Source: a virus. Taken from it: 64,000 bases of DNA. Below are positions 47,104-57,634 of this stretch, one piece after another (position 1 is the first letter of the stretch; each line of letters starts with the position of its first letter). A program made the translations under genes and the position numbers. The stretch is from positions 32,283-96,282 of IMG/VR virus record IMGVR_UViG_3300036834_000231, one strand, 5' to 3'. The notes below the pieces were generated by a model. It worked only from the letters and a program-made list of their open reading frames with translations. It was not told the origin of the DNA and made no database searches.

Positions 47104-48618
47104 ATGGGTCAGCTCATTAAACCTCCCAAGCTGCTGCCGTTGACGGCCGCCGGCATCACGCCGATCCCCCTGCGGGCGGGCGGGGTGCGCGATCTCACTG
47201 TGCAGGAGTGGTTCGGTCCGCTCGAACCGTTGTTGCCGACTGCGCCGCCCGGCACGCAGCCGCGCCAGTGGGAGTTTCTGCCCGGACAGAACATCACCTG
47301 GGTGCCGCGCGCCGACGAGGCGATCGGTTTTCAGGACCTCATTTATATGTCCGAGAACTGCGACCTGGTGCGCATCGTGATCGAGTCTTTAAAGGATCAG
47401 ATTTGCATCCGGCCCTGGCAGGTGCGGGTCGTCGCGATCCCGGGCGAGACGCAGCGGGAACGGGCGCAGCGCTCGCGCAATGATCCGCGGGTGCCGCTCT
47501 GGACCGACTTTCTGCAATGGCCCAATCCCGAGAACGCCTGGTGCGATTGGCTGCGCATGCTCCTCGAGGATCTGCTGGTGCTCGACGCCCCGTCCATTCT
47601 GTTGCAGCGGACGAGAAAGGGCGATATCGGCGCGTTGCGCGTCATCGACGGGCAGACGATCAACCGCATCATCGACGACAACGGCTTTACGCCCCTGCCG
47701 CCCGATTCCGCTTATCAGCAAATCCTCTACGGACAGCCCGCGGTCGATCTGACGACCGACGATCTGGTGTACCGGCCGCGCAATTTGCGCGCTCGCAAGA
47801 TGTTCGGCTTTTCGCCGGTCGAGCAGATCATGACGACGCTGAATATCGCGGTGCGCCGCACTCGTTTTCAGTTGGCCAATTACACCGAAGGCAATGTGCC
47901 CGAAGCGCTGTACACCATGCCCGGCAGCGTCACCGAAGACAATGTGCGCAAGTTTCAGAGCTGGTTCGATACCCAGCTCGCCGGCAACCTGGCGTTGCGC
48001 AGGCGCATTTGGTTCATCCCGGGCGACGACAAAGGCGTCAACCGCCTGCATTGGACGAAGGAAGCGCTGCTCAAAGACGACGCTGACGAATGGTTTGCGC
48101 GCATCATCTGCTTCGCTTTCCGGATTTCGCCGAAAGAGCTCATAAAAGCTATGAACAGGGCTACGGCTGCAGAGTCCCAGGATTCGACCGAAGAGCAAGG
48201 CGTCCATTCGATCTGCCAGTGGGTAGCTGACACCATCAACTATATCATTCAGCGCAAGGCCGGGCATAAGGATATCGAATTCGTCTTTTCGCAGAAGCGC
48301 GAAGCCGATGCCTTGAAGCAGGCGCAGGCCGACAAGATTTACGTGGACACGGGCATCGTCACGCGCAATGAGTTGCGGGAGGACCTCGGTTCCGATCCGA
48401 GTCAAGACCCCAATGCCGATGTGCTCGGGGTGACGACCGGTCTAGGCTTCATTCCGCTCGGCATGAACCGGCAGGACGCCAATAACAGCGTTGCCTCGGG
48501 CTCGGACGTCTTGAGCCATTTGCCGCCCGCGCCATCGCCGGATACCCCGGCCAAGAAACCGAGCAGCAACGGCAAGCCGGCGCCCGCGCCGAAAAGCAAT
48601 GCGCGTGGCGGTGAGTGA
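47104..48618 (+). CDS. Phage portal protein
   Basis: Position; LLEDLLVLDA, IDGQTI, FGFSPVE, YTEGNVP, ICFAFRISP, TRNELRE.LG. Confidence 0.9.
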   Translation: MGQLIKPPKLLPLTAAGITPIPLRAGGVRDLTVQEWFGPLEPLLPTAPPGTQPRQWEFLPGQNITWVPRADEAIGFQDLIYMSENCDLVRIVIESLKDQICIRPWQVRVVAIPGETQRERAQRSRNDPRVPLWTDFLQWPNPENAWCDWLRMLLEDLLVLDAPSILLQRTRKGDIGALRVIDGQTINRIIDDNGFTPLPPDSAYQQILYGQPAVDLTTDDLVYRPRNLRARKMFGFSPVEQIMTTLNIAVRRTRFQLANYTEGNVPEALYTMPGSVTEDNVRKFQSWFDTQLAGNLALRRRIWFIPGDDKGVNRLHWTKEALLKDDADEWFARIICFAFRISPKELIKAMNRATAAESQDSTEEQGVHSICQWVADTINYIIQRKAGHKDIEFVFSQKREADALKQAQADKIYVDTGIVTRNELREDLGSDPSQDPNADVLGVTTGLGFIPLGMNRQDANNSVASGSDVLSHLPPAPSPDTPAKKPSSNGKPAPAPKSNARGGE

Positions 48619-48619
48619 A

Positions 48620-48856
48620 TTATTCGATTTTCCGGAGATTGTCCGGTGGGATTCGATCCAGCAATTTCCGGATTCCGTCGAGCAGCTTCACCACATCGTC
48701 GTGCAGCCGTAAATTGGATTCGCGCAAGACGTTATTCGATTTATCCAAGCCCGCGATGGACTGGAAAATTTTATCGTGCTCGACCCAATTGCGCTCGATT
48801 GAATCTTCCATGCGGCGCATCCGTTCGCGCCAGTCGTAACCATTCGGTTCAGCCAT
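48620..48856 (-). CDS. Antisense moron-like coiled-coil protein between portal and protease
   Basis: MAEPNGYDWRERMRRMED...RIPPDNLR; own TATCAT -10. Confidence 0.6.
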   Translation of the reverse strand: MAEPNGYDWRERMRRMEDSIERNWVEHDKIFQSIAGLDKSNNVLRESNLRLHDDVVKLLDGIRKLLDRIPPDNLRKIE

Positions 48857-48894
48857 TTTGACTGAATGATAACGCAGCTTTTGAAGGAGTCCCT

Positions 48895-50712
48895 TTGGAA
48901 CCAACAACATTTCAGAAGTTCGTCCCTTTCGCCAAAGTGGACGCGGCGAAACAAGAGGTTTGGGGCGTGGTGACCGCGGAGGTCCCGGACAAGGACGGCG
49001 AGATCTGCGACTATGCCTCGACCAAACCGTACTACAAGACCTGGTCGGAGGAGTTCGTCAAGTCGACGGACGGCAAATCGTGCGGCAACCTGCGCTACAT
49101 GCACCAGTTGAAGGCCGTAGGCAAAGGCATCGGCATCGAATTCCGCGACGACGATAAGGAAATCTGGATGGGGTTCAAGGTGACCGACGACCCCACCTGG
49201 AAGGATGTCGAAGAAGGCGTTTTGACCGGCTTTTCGCAAGGCGGCCGCTATGTCAAGGGCCCGGATTCGAGTAAACGTTACACCGCCAATCCGCACGAGG
49301 TTTCGGTGGTCGATAACCCGGCGCTCGGCGTAGCGCACTTCGCCTACATCAAGTCGGATGGCTCGGTCGAAATGCGCAAGGTGCGCTCGGAAGTTGCGCC
49401 CCAGGCGCAGATTGCCGTGCCGCTGAACCAATACGTCAACCTCGGAGGTGTAGGCACGAATGTGCCATATGCATTTGTGAATGTGCCCTATGCGCCGCCG
49501 CCGCAGCCCGATGTGGCGCAGATCGTGCGCTCGACGCTCGATGAGTTCTTCAAGGCGGAAAAGAAGACCAAGCGCGTGGCGGGCGAAGACCTGCCGGCGA
49601 GCGCTTTCGCCTATGTGGGCGACGCCGAGAAGACCGAGACCTGGAAACTGCCGATTCAGTTCTCTTCGGAAGAGAAAACCAAGTCGCATATCCGCAATGC
49701 GCTCGCGCGCTTCAGTCAGACCGAAGGCATTCCCGCCGACGAGCGCCCAAAAGTGCTCGCCCGCATCAAGGCAGCGGCCAAGAAGCACGGCATCTCGACC
49801 GACACGGCGGATAAGGTGCTCGCCGCGCACGAACTGCTGGGCGCAGCCGAAGAAGAAATTCGCAAAGGCATGTACGATGTCGCGCGGTTCGCGCAATTGC
49901 TGCAAGGCCTCACATGGCTGCAGCAAATGGCGGAACGCGAAAAGGCGGAAGAAGAAGACGAGAGCGAAGTACCGCTCGATCTGCTTGACCGCATCAAGGA
50001 TCTGGTTGCGGTGTTTCTCGATATGGCCCGAGAAGAAGCGGAGGAGCTGACCCTCCCCGATTCGGACGATGCCTCTCCCATGTATTACGCGACGCACGCG
50101 CAAGTGACCAAAATCTCCCGGCTGCTCGCGCGAGCCGCCGCGAGCAATTCAAAAGAAGCCGGTACCCCGGCAAAAGGAGTTAACACTATGTCGGACCTCA
50201 GCAAAGGCGCCGGCCTGCTCGACCATCTCCGCAAAGCGAAAGACATGGCCGACGATCATAACGAAAAGATGAAGGCCCATATCGACAAATGCATGGGCAA
50301 AGTCGAAGGGTCGAAGGAAGAAGAGGACGAAGCCGAGAAGGCCGCGAAGGCGGCAGCCGCCAAAGCTGCGCAGGCTACGATTCCTCCCGTCACCGCTTCC
50401 TCGACCGCCGCCGCCGTCGAGCAGCCGGCCTTCGACAAGGCTTTGACCAGCCGCTTCGAAGAAGTTGTGAAAGGGATGCAGGAGCGCTTCGACGCGATGC
50501 TCAAGAAATACGAGAACGCGCTCGAACCGCCGAAGGCTGCGGCGACGACCAAGGTGGTCACGAAGGCGCAGGATGGCGCAGCTTCGCCCGAAGAAAAAGA
50601 GGAAGAGCTCGTCGAGCCCTCGTTCCAGCCAGCCGGCACTCCCTCGCTCGGCGTCAGCGATCAATATCGCAAGGCGCTGCGCAGCGTCAAGGGCGTAGCG
50701 GTAACCCAGTAG
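48895..50712 (+). CDS. Prohead protease/scaffold fusion (N-terminal protease, central extra domain, C-terminal coiled coil)
   Basis: VWGVVTAEVPDKDGE, LRYMH, TGFSQGG, EVSVVDNPA; SAFAY...KLPI...HIRNALARFSQ. Confidence 0.8.
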   Translation: MEPTTFQKFVPFAKVDAAKQEVWGVVTAEVPDKDGEICDYASTKPYYKTWSEEFVKSTDGKSCGNLRYMHQLKAVGKGIGIEFRDDDKEIWMGFKVTDDPTWKDVEEGVLTGFSQGGRYVKGPDSSKRYTANPHEVSVVDNPALGVAHFAYIKSDGSVEMRKVRSEVAPQAQIAVPLNQYVNLGGVGTNVPYAFVNVPYAPPPQPDVAQIVRSTLDEFFKAEKKTKRVAGEDLPASAFAYVGDAEKTETWKLPIQFSSEEKTKSHIRNALARFSQTEGIPADERPKVLARIKAAAKKHGISTDTADKVLAAHELLGAAEEEIRKGMYDVARFAQLLQGLTWLQQMAEREKAEEEDESEVPLDLLDRIKDLVAVFLDMAREEAEELTLPDSDDASPMYYATHAQVTKISRLLARAAASNSKEAGTPAKGVNTMSDLSKGAGLLDHLRKAKDMADDHNEKMKAHIDKCMGKVEGSKEEEDEAEKAAKAAAAKAAQATIPPVTASSTAAAVEQPAFDKALTSRFEEVVKGMQERFDAMLKKYENALEPPKAAATTKVVTKAQDGAASPEEKEEELVEPSFQPAGTPSLGVSDQYRKALRSVKGVAVTQ

Positions 50713-50737
50713 CATTTTTAGTTTTGCGAGAGACCCC

Positions 50738-52252
50738 ATGAGCATTGAAAGACTCGATCAGTCGTCCTATGCGTCCCTGGCCGCTTCTGCCACGCGCAGC
50801 CTGCGCAAGGACGCCACCACGCAGGGCATCACCACCGCCACCGGGATGGTGTTCTACGATCTGCGGCCGCCCGCTTATTTGCTGTATCCCGTCAATACCC
50901 CGCTGCGCAACTCCATACCGCGCTCCGGAAAAGTGAACGCGGGCGTCGGCACGGCGGCCCACTGGAAAGCTTTTGTCAACCCGAACGCGACCAGTAACTT
51001 CGCGGGCGTCGCAGAAGGCCAGCGCAACGCCTTCTTGAGCTTCCAGGAAAAAGACTACACCGCCGCCTATAAAGAGCTCGGTCAAGAGTCGTTTACGACT
51101 TTCACCGGGCAATTCGCGGCCGAAGGCTTCACCGATCCGATGGCCGATTCGCAGACCATGGTGCTGCATTCGATCATGCTGTCGGAAGAAGGCATGCTGA
51201 TCGGCGGCAATGCTACCTATCAGTTGACGACGGCGCCGACGCCGACCGTCGCCTTGCAAAGCGGCGCCGGTTTCACCACCGGCTCGACCGTCAGCGTAGC
51301 CGTTGTCGCCATCACCCATTGGGGCTGGTATTTCCAGGGAGGCCTCGCCGCCGTGGCGAGCGGCTTGACGCCGACCACCACGAGGAGCAACGCGGACGGC
51401 ACGAGCACCACCGTCAATGGCGGCTTGAGCGCCGTCAGCGCCATGTCCACGGTTGCGACCACCACCAGCGGCAACAATCAAGTGCTCGCGAAAGTGGCTG
51501 CGGTCAAGGGCGCGGTCGCCTATGCCTGGTTCGTGAACAATACCGATGCTTCCGCGCCGACGCTGGCGAACGCCAAGCTCGCGGCCGTCACCAATGCGCC
51601 CGTCTATGTGATCACCGGGGCCGCCGTTGGCACGCAGACCGCCGCCGCCACCGGTCTCAACACGGACACCTCGACCAATGCGCTGGCGTTTGACGGCCTG
51701 ATGTCCTTTACTGCGCAAAGCGGCTATTGGCTCGACCTCGGCGGCAGTTCCCTGACGCCCAACAGCGATGGCACCATCCTCGAGATCGAGACGGTTCTGC
51801 AGTTCCTGTGGAATAACTATCAGGCGACGGTCGACGACATTTATGTGCCGAGCGATCAGTTGCTGCTGATCTCGCGCGCCATCCTCGCGGGCACGAGCGG
51901 CAATCCTTCCGCTTTCCGCATCCTGCTCGATAAAGAGGACCAGGGCAAGATTCTGGGCGGTTCGCTCGCCGTCAGCTACCTCTCGAAATACACCATGGGC
52001 GGGGCGAAACAAATCAACATTCAGCTCCATCCGGGTCTCGCGCCCGGCACCATGCTGTTCGACATCAAAAGCAATCCCTATCCGCACAGCCGCCTCACGA
52101 CGGTGCGCGAAATCCTCACGCAGCGCGATTATTATTCGCTGCTCTATCCGATCCGCACTAGGCGCTGGGAGTACGGCACTTACGTACACGAGGTGCTCGC
52201 GCACCGGCTGCCGCAGCTCACCGCCGTGATTTCTGGCGCCGCCGTCAAGTAG
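50738..52252 (+). CDS. Major capsid protein with Thr/Ala-rich insertion
   Basis: Position after protease and before adaptor; YDL..PA..LYPVNTPLRN.IPR; AFDGL; hairpin downstream. Confidence 0.72.
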   Translation: MSIERLDQSSYASLAASATRSLRKDATTQGITTATGMVFYDLRPPAYLLYPVNTPLRNSIPRSGKVNAGVGTAAHWKAFVNPNATSNFAGVAEGQRNAFLSFQEKDYTAAYKELGQESFTTFTGQFAAEGFTDPMADSQTMVLHSIMLSEEGMLIGGNATYQLTTAPTPTVALQSGAGFTTGSTVSVAVVAITHWGWYFQGGLAAVASGLTPTTTRSNADGTSTTVNGGLSAVSAMSTVATTTSGNNQVLAKVAAVKGAVAYAWFVNNTDASAPTLANAKLAAVTNAPVYVITGAAVGTQTAAATGLNTDTSTNALAFDGLMSFTAQSGYWLDLGGSSLTPNSDGTILEIETVLQFLWNNYQATVDDIYVPSDQLLLISRAILAGTSGNPSAFRILLDKEDQGKILGGSLAVSYLSKYTMGGAKQINIQLHPGLAPGTMLFDIKSNPYPHSRLTTVREILTQRDYYSLLYPIRTRRWEYGTYVHEVLAHRLPQLTAVISGAAVK

Positions 52253-52304
52253 TTCGCCGCGGGCGGCCGGAGTCTGACGCCGCCCGGTTCTTTGGGTATT
52301 TCCT

Positions 52305-52910
52305 ATGGCGGTAATCGATCTCTGCACGCTCGAAGACGTGAAGTCGTATCTGGGCATTTCCGCTTCCTCCAGCGCGGATGACGATTTGCTCGAAAAAATG
52401 ATTACCAGCGTCAGCCAGTTCTGGCTCACGCGCACTTCGCGCTCGACATTAAACTCGGTCCAGTCCTTCACGGAGCGCTACGACGGCAATGGCAAGGATA
52501 TTTTGCTCTTGCGTCAGTGGCCCATTGTTTCCGTCACCTCGCTCTCGGTCGATGGCCGGCCCATTCCGCAGAGCCCAGATTTTATCGCGGCGGGCTGGGC
52601 GATCAATCCGACAGCCGATGCGGTCGTGATCCTCGGAGCCGGTAATTACGGCTTCGGCTACTACCAGCAGTACTTCGCCTATGGCCGCATGAACGTTGCG
52701 GTCACTTATGAGGCGGGTTATAACGGCGCGCCGGCCGATGTGGCGGACGCGGCCCGCAAGCAAGTCGCCGTCAATTTCAAGCGCAAAAGCATCACCGATC
52801 AGGCCTCCATTTCCCTGCCGCAAGGCGGCGGCACGACGACTTGGCGCAGTTGGGAGGTTCCGCCCGAGGTGGAATGCGTCATCCAGAACTACCGCCGAAT
52901 GTGGCCTTGA
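52305..52910 (+). CDS. Head-tail adaptor (gp6-like)
   Basis: LCTLEDVKSYLGI...DDDLLEKMI; ERYDG; VTYEAGY..PADV. Confidence 0.85.
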   Translation: MAVIDLCTLEDVKSYLGISASSSADDDLLEKMITSVSQFWLTRTSRSTLNSVQSFTERYDGNGKDILLLRQWPIVSVTSLSVDGRPIPQSPDFIAAGWAINPTADAVVILGAGNYGFGYYQQYFAYGRMNVAVTYEAGYNGAPADVADAARKQVAVNFKRKSITDQASISLPQGGGTTTWRSWEVPPEVECVIQNYRRMWP

Positions 52911-52919
52911 AGGGAAGTT

Positions 52920-53261
52920 ATGAAAGCCATTATTAAAGCTCTTTCGAAAGAGGTCCTGCCGCGCTTTCACGCCGATACGAATCGCGACGAACCGACCATC
53001 ATGCTGGTCGCCCAGGTGGAGTTCGTCGACGAGAGCGGCGCGCCGGCGCATGAGCAGTCCTATGCGATTTTGCCCGAGGAGTACGATCCCAGCTATTTCG
53101 ACCGCCAGGCGCAGGCCATGCAGGACGATTTGGATCATACGGCCGCGAGCGCTCAAGACGCGGCGCGCAGCGCCCAGGCAGACCGCATCCTCGCTCAATT
53201 TCATCTCAAGCTGGGCGAAAGCATCACGATCAACGATCAACAGCAAGTCAACAAGCAATAG
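52920..53261 (+). CDS. Hypothetical protein
   Basis: 113 aa in the structural operon. Confidence 0.6.
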   Translation: MKAIIKALSKEVLPRFHADTNRDEPTIMLVAQVEFVDESGAPAHEQSYAILPEEYDPSYFDRQAQAMQDDLDHTAASAQDAARSAQADRILAQFHLKLGESITINDQQQVNKQ

Positions 53262-53270
53262 GAGAAAGCA

Positions 53271-53819
53271 TTGCGCGAAAAACTGCGTCAGCGCGTCACG
53301 ACGGAGATCGTGCATCGCCGCAACGGACGGGTGTTGCCCGTCTGGCAAGAGAATTGGCTCGGCAGGCTCCTCCGCACACGCCTCCATTGGGATGGCCGCG
53401 CCCGGGCGCTCGGCTCCTGGCAGCTCTGCCTGCGGACCCCGAATTTAATCACCAATGTGGGGCATGCGGGATCGAACGGGCGCATGTCGAATCAGGGCAG
53501 CTATTCGCCCTTCGTGAACATCGCAATCGGCACGGGGACCACGGCGGCGGCGGCGGCGGATACTGCGCTGCAAACCGAAATCACGACCGGCGGCGGGGCG
53601 CGCGGAGCGGCGACCGCCACCCAGGTGACGACTTCCGTGACGAACGACACCACGCAGCTCGTCAAGACGTTCAGCTTCACTGCGGGCTTCGCCGTGACGG
53701 AAGAAGGCATATTGGACAACGCATCGAGCGGCGGTAGTTTGCTCGCGCATCAGGTGTTTTCCGCCGTCAACGTGGTCTCGGGCGACTCTCTGACGATCAC
53801 CCACAAGTATCAGACCTAG
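53271..53819 (+). CDS. Fibre-base/collar-type virion protein
   Basis: NLITNVG...IAIGTGTTAAAAADTALQTE...VTEEGILDNASSGGSLLAHQVF. Confidence 0.65.
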   Translation: MREKLRQRVTTEIVHRRNGRVLPVWQENWLGRLLRTRLHWDGRARALGSWQLCLRTPNLITNVGHAGSNGRMSNQGSYSPFVNIAIGTGTTAAAAADTALQTEITTGGGARGAATATQVTTSVTNDTTQLVKTFSFTAGFAVTEEGILDNASSGGSLLAHQVFSAVNVVSGDSLTITHKYQT

Positions 53820-53827
53820 GAGGGAAT

Positions 53828-54283
53828 ATGGCCGTAACCACCGTGGCGATGCACATCAACATCTTACTTCCGCCCATCGTGATTGCGGATCTTGCCACCT
53901 ATTGGACTTCGCTGATCGCCGGGGTTGCTGGCACTACGCAAAGCGCGCTCGATGGAGTGATGACGAGCGTGACCGTGGTCCCAAGCGGCAGCGGGCCCAA
54001 CATCTCGCCCGGCAATGGCATTCTGATCGATCAGGAGCCCATGATGGTTACGGCCGTCGCCGGCAATGTCCTCACTGTGACGCGGAGTCAGGGTGTCGCG
54101 ATTCTGCCGCCGCCCGTGGCGCACCTTGCGGGCGCGAATATCTCCGTGCTCTCTTACCCCGATCTCTATGCCATGGTCGTTCGCCTGGCGGTCCGCCCGT
54201 GGATCGGCAATATCGTGCAAGGGCTCGGGCAGAATTCGCAGACCTATAGTGCGGCGAGCACCGGCTCGCTCGCGTCTTATTAA
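53828..54283 (+). CDS. Virion structural protein
   Basis: ILIDQEPMMVTAVAGNVLTVTR..G motif shared with the N-terminus of 54582-56177. Confidence 0.6.
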   Translation: MAVTTVAMHINILLPPIVIADLATYWTSLIAGVAGTTQSALDGVMTSVTVVPSGSGPNISPGNGILIDQEPMMVTAVAGNVLTVTRSQGVAILPPPVAHLAGANISVLSYPDLYAMVVRLAVRPWIGNIVQGLGQNSQTYSAASTGSLASY

Positions 54284-54299
54284 ACCTGAGAGGTATGAA

Positions 54300-54578
54300 A
54301 TGAAGAGTTCCATCACACAGAACCTCGATCCGGACGAGCAAAAGGTCAATGGGGCCGCGCTGCCGGGTCCAACCATTTATTTCTTTTCCGAAGAGGAACT
54401 GGCCTTCTTCAAGCCGCGCGTCGAGCAAGTCAACTCCCTCATCGGCATGCTGAACGAGAGCACGTCGCTTGTCTGCGCGCAGCACAAATTCAAAGGCATG
54501 TGGCGCATCAATGCCGCAATGAACGGCATCGAGCGCATCGATCTACCCGCCCCTCCCCCGGCCCTTCCCACCGCGTAA
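54300..54578 (+). CDS. Hypothetical protein
   Basis: GAGAGG RBS. Confidence 0.5.
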   Translation: MKSSITQNLDPDEQKVNGAALPGPTIYFFSEEELAFFKPRVEQVNSLIGMLNESTSLVCAQHKFKGMWRINAAMNGIERIDLPAPPPALPTA

Positions 54579-54581
54579 GCC

Positions 54582-56177
54582 ATGGCCGAGCAATTCGCCA
54601 ATCACCCCGGCACCACTCTGTCCGGAGCGATTAGCTCGACCACGCGTCCGGTCACCTTCAGCGTGGCTAGCGCAACGGGGCTGCCGAGTAGCGGCAATTT
54701 CCGGGTCATCATCGGCAGCGAAATCCTGCTGATCACTTCGATCAGCGGAACCTCGCTCACCGGGACCAACGTCGAAGGGACTTCCGCTTCGACCTATGCA
54801 AACGGGGCCGCCGTTACGCACGTGGTGACAGCCGGCGCGCTCGCGCAGATGGAAGTCGATGCCAACGCCACGCTCCTCGCGGCCAACAACACCTTCACCG
54901 GCAGCAATACTTTCTCGGGAGCTGTCTCGGTCGGCTCGCGCCTGGCGATGACGCCTTCCAATTTTCAGACGAATACCTCGGCCAAGGTTCTGATTATGGG
55001 CTCGACTGGAACTACCTTGGCGGTCGATGCTGTAACGGTGGCCTTCGGCTACGATCCATCGACTATCAACGATTCGAGCTGGACCGGCACAGGCAAAGAA
55101 ATCATCTTTCGCAACGTCGCGCAGTTCTGGCAGCCGAACCTAGCGAACACCGGGTTCTTCCAGCCCATCACAATGAACTCGGGGAATGTGGGCATCTCGA
55201 CGACGGTCCCCAAAACAGCCTTGCACGTGCTGACCACCGGGACGGCAAATCAGCAACGGGTTTTGACGCTGGAGCAGACCACTGCGACTGCGGTCGGCGC
55301 CGATCTCTCGTTTTATAAAAATCGTGGCACTCGCAATTCGCCTTCGGCTGTGCTATCTGGCGATGCGCTCGGTTCCGTGACCTTCACTGGCTACGACGGC
55401 ACAACGGACCTAACCAGTGCACAGCGATCAGCCTACCTCGAAGGCCATGCTCTCGAAAACTGGAATAGCGGAGCGCATGGCAGTAATATTCAGGCCTTCA
55501 TTACACCCACCGGCTCAACGGCTGCGGCGCTGGCGATGACCATCGATAGCTCGGGGGTAACCTTTGCGAACGCTATTAGCGCCGCGGGTGTAATTACCCA
55601 AACGGGCGGCAACCGGGCGGTCATCAATACTTCCGGCTTTGCAGGCCTCCAATTCGCCGCGCATTCGAAGAATTGGTACTTGGATCATCGCGGCTCGATC
55701 GACACACCGAACGATCGGTTCGCATTCGAGACCGATGCGTTGGAAGTGTTGACGCTGCTCAATGGCGGAAATGTCGGCATCTCCAACAGCAATCCTGGCT
55801 CGTTGTTCACAATTGGGGCGAATAAGTTGACGGTCGACGCCAGCGGCAATGTTACGGCAACCGGCGTCGGCAGCTTCGCCAGCCTGGCCGGGCTAGGATC
55901 GGCGACGGTGGGCAGCGCGACGATCAGCTTCGGCGCGGCTCCGGGAACGAATGTCGTCTCAACGGTGGTGACCGGGCAGACCGCGATTAAGTCGACCAGC
56001 ACGGTCATGGTCTTCATGGCTTACGATTCAACCGCCACCCACAACGTGAATGAGCATCTGTTAGTCGCTTTTCAATTGCGCGCCGGCTCGCTCGTCGCGG
56101 GCACGGGTTTCACGATTTACGCGGAAAGCGATCTGCGGCTGACGGGCGATTTCACCGTCCGCTGGTTGTGGGTATAA
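54582..56177 (+). CDS. Fibre-like virion protein
   Basis: Thr/Ser/Gly-rich; GNVGIST..P...LHV repeats. Confidence 0.7.
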   Translation: MAEQFANHPGTTLSGAISSTTRPVTFSVASATGLPSSGNFRVIIGSEILLITSISGTSLTGTNVEGTSASTYANGAAVTHVVTAGALAQMEVDANATLLAANNTFTGSNTFSGAVSVGSRLAMTPSNFQTNTSAKVLIMGSTGTTLAVDAVTVAFGYDPSTINDSSWTGTGKEIIFRNVAQFWQPNLANTGFFQPITMNSGNVGISTTVPKTALHVLTTGTANQQRVLTLEQTTATAVGADLSFYKNRGTRNSPSAVLSGDALGSVTFTGYDGTTDLTSAQRSAYLEGHALENWNSGAHGSNIQAFITPTGSTAAALAMTIDSSGVTFANAISAAGVITQTGGNRAVINTSGFAGLQFAAHSKNWYLDHRGSIDTPNDRFAFETDALEVLTLLNGGNVGISNSNPGSLFTIGANKLTVDASGNVTATGVGSFASLAGLGSATVGSATISFGAAPGTNVVSTVVTGQTAIKSTSTVMVFMAYDSTATHNVNEHLLVAFQLRAGSLVAGTGFTIYAESDLRLTGDFTVRWLWV

Positions 56178-56186
56178 GGAGCAACT

Positions 56187-57632
56187 ATGTCAGGCATACG
56201 GGTAGAGGGCAATACCTCGGGCAATGTCGCCGAAGTAGATGCCAATCACAATATGCAAGTGAACTTGCCGACGACGGTCGCGCAAGCCGGCTTTGCCCAG
56301 ATGGTGCTCGACTCAAGCGGCAACACTCTCGCGCTCGGAGACGATAACCGCTGTAAGGTCAGCTTCGAGCAGGTTCTCTTCTACAGCCGGCCGGAAGGCG
56401 CGGCAATCGATGCCCGTTTTTGGAACGTGTTCGCGTCCACCATGACGGTGACAGCAGCGAGCGGTCAGTACACGATGAACGCGGGGTCTTCGACTACCGC
56501 TTCCGCCTATGCAATCTTGAGTTCCAGCCGCGTGTTCCTGTTGCTGACGGAATACCCGATCTATTTCCAAATTCGCTTGCGTATCGTCCCACAGGCCAAT
56601 TCGGTGATCGAGTTGGGACTCGGCAACGTGGCGACAACCGCCGCCCCTACCGATGGAGTCTTTTTACGTTGGACCGCCGCCGGCCAGATGCAGGCGGTGC
56701 TCAATAACAACGGGACCGAGACCGCCACAAACTTATCGGGCACGCTGAACACTTCGGATTATTACAACATCGAGTGCCGGTTGCAGGAAAACCAGTTTGT
56801 GGTGCATATGGAGACGTCGGATGGTTCGTCGGTGTTGCTCGATCAAAACGTTCCCATCCCGGCCACCCTCGGATCTCCCACCGGCACGGTGCATTTGCCA
56901 TTCATCGTGCGCGTCTACAATACCGCCACACCGCCGACGACCGCGCCGCTCGTGATCGTCAATGCCGTCAATGTGCAACAAACCGATCTGGACATGGCGC
57001 GCCCTTGGCCAAGTCAAATGGCCGCGTCCGGGCGCGGGTTGCATTCGTCTCCTTTGACGCCTTATGCGCAGAGCACCAATTTCGCCAATTCCACCGTACC
57101 GGCCACGGCCTCTCTTTCGAACACCGCTGCATCCTATGCGACGCTCGGCGGTAAATGGCTCATCGCGAATCCGACCGCGGCTGAAACAGACTATGCCCTG
57201 TTTGCCTATCAGGTGCCCGCCGGGTACCAGCTTGTCGTTTCGGACATTCAGATCAGCGCGGTGCTCTCGGCGATCGGCGGCACGGCAGGCACGGCGTATT
57301 CCGGAGTGCTCGAATGGGGCATCTCGACCGAGGGCTCCGCGCTTTCGCTCGCCACGACGGACTCGTTTTCGGCAGGATCGAGCGGCTTTACCTGGGCGCC
57401 GCGCCGCTACGCGCTCGGCACGCAGGCCTTGGCGGTGCGCGATTCCACCGCAGTGTTGCCGGGGTTTGCTTTCAGTCCCATCCTGATCTATAGTCTCGAA
57501 ACTCCGCTGGTATTCAATAGCGGCCGCTACTTGGTCGTGATCCTGCGCGTCCCGGTCTCGGCCTGGGTTGGCGGCACCTCCCCCACCGCCACCATCCGCG
57601 GTTCTGTCTTTGTGCATGGGCACTTTGAATAG
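56187..57632 (+). CDS. Beta-rich virion protein (possible lectin-like)
   Basis: AAGGAG RBS; beta-strand-rich 481 aa. Confidence 0.6.
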   Translation: MSGIRVEGNTSGNVAEVDANHNMQVNLPTTVAQAGFAQMVLDSSGNTLALGDDNRCKVSFEQVLFYSRPEGAAIDARFWNVFASTMTVTAASGQYTMNAGSSTTASAYAILSSSRVFLLLTEYPIYFQIRLRIVPQANSVIELGLGNVATTAAPTDGVFLRWTAAGQMQAVLNNNGTETATNLSGTLNTSDYYNIECRLQENQFVVHMETSDGSSVLLDQNVPIPATLGSPTGTVHLPFIVRVYNTATPPTTAPLVIVNAVNVQQTDLDMARPWPSQMAASGRGLHSSPLTPYAQSTNFANSTVPATASLSNTAASYATLGGKWLIANPTAAETDYALFAYQVPAGYQLVVSDIQISAVLSAIGGTAGTAYSGVLEWGISTEGSALSLATTDSFSAGSSGFTWAPRRYALGTQALAVRDSTAVLPGFAFSPILIYSLETPLVFNSGRYLVVILRVPVSAWVGGTSPTATIRGSVFVHGHFE

Positions 57633-57634
57633 CT

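Noticed and set aside
47389-53387. Long minus-strand ORFs (338, 471, 594 and 312 aa)
   Set aside because: Antisense shadows of high-GC structural genes with no recognisable motifs.
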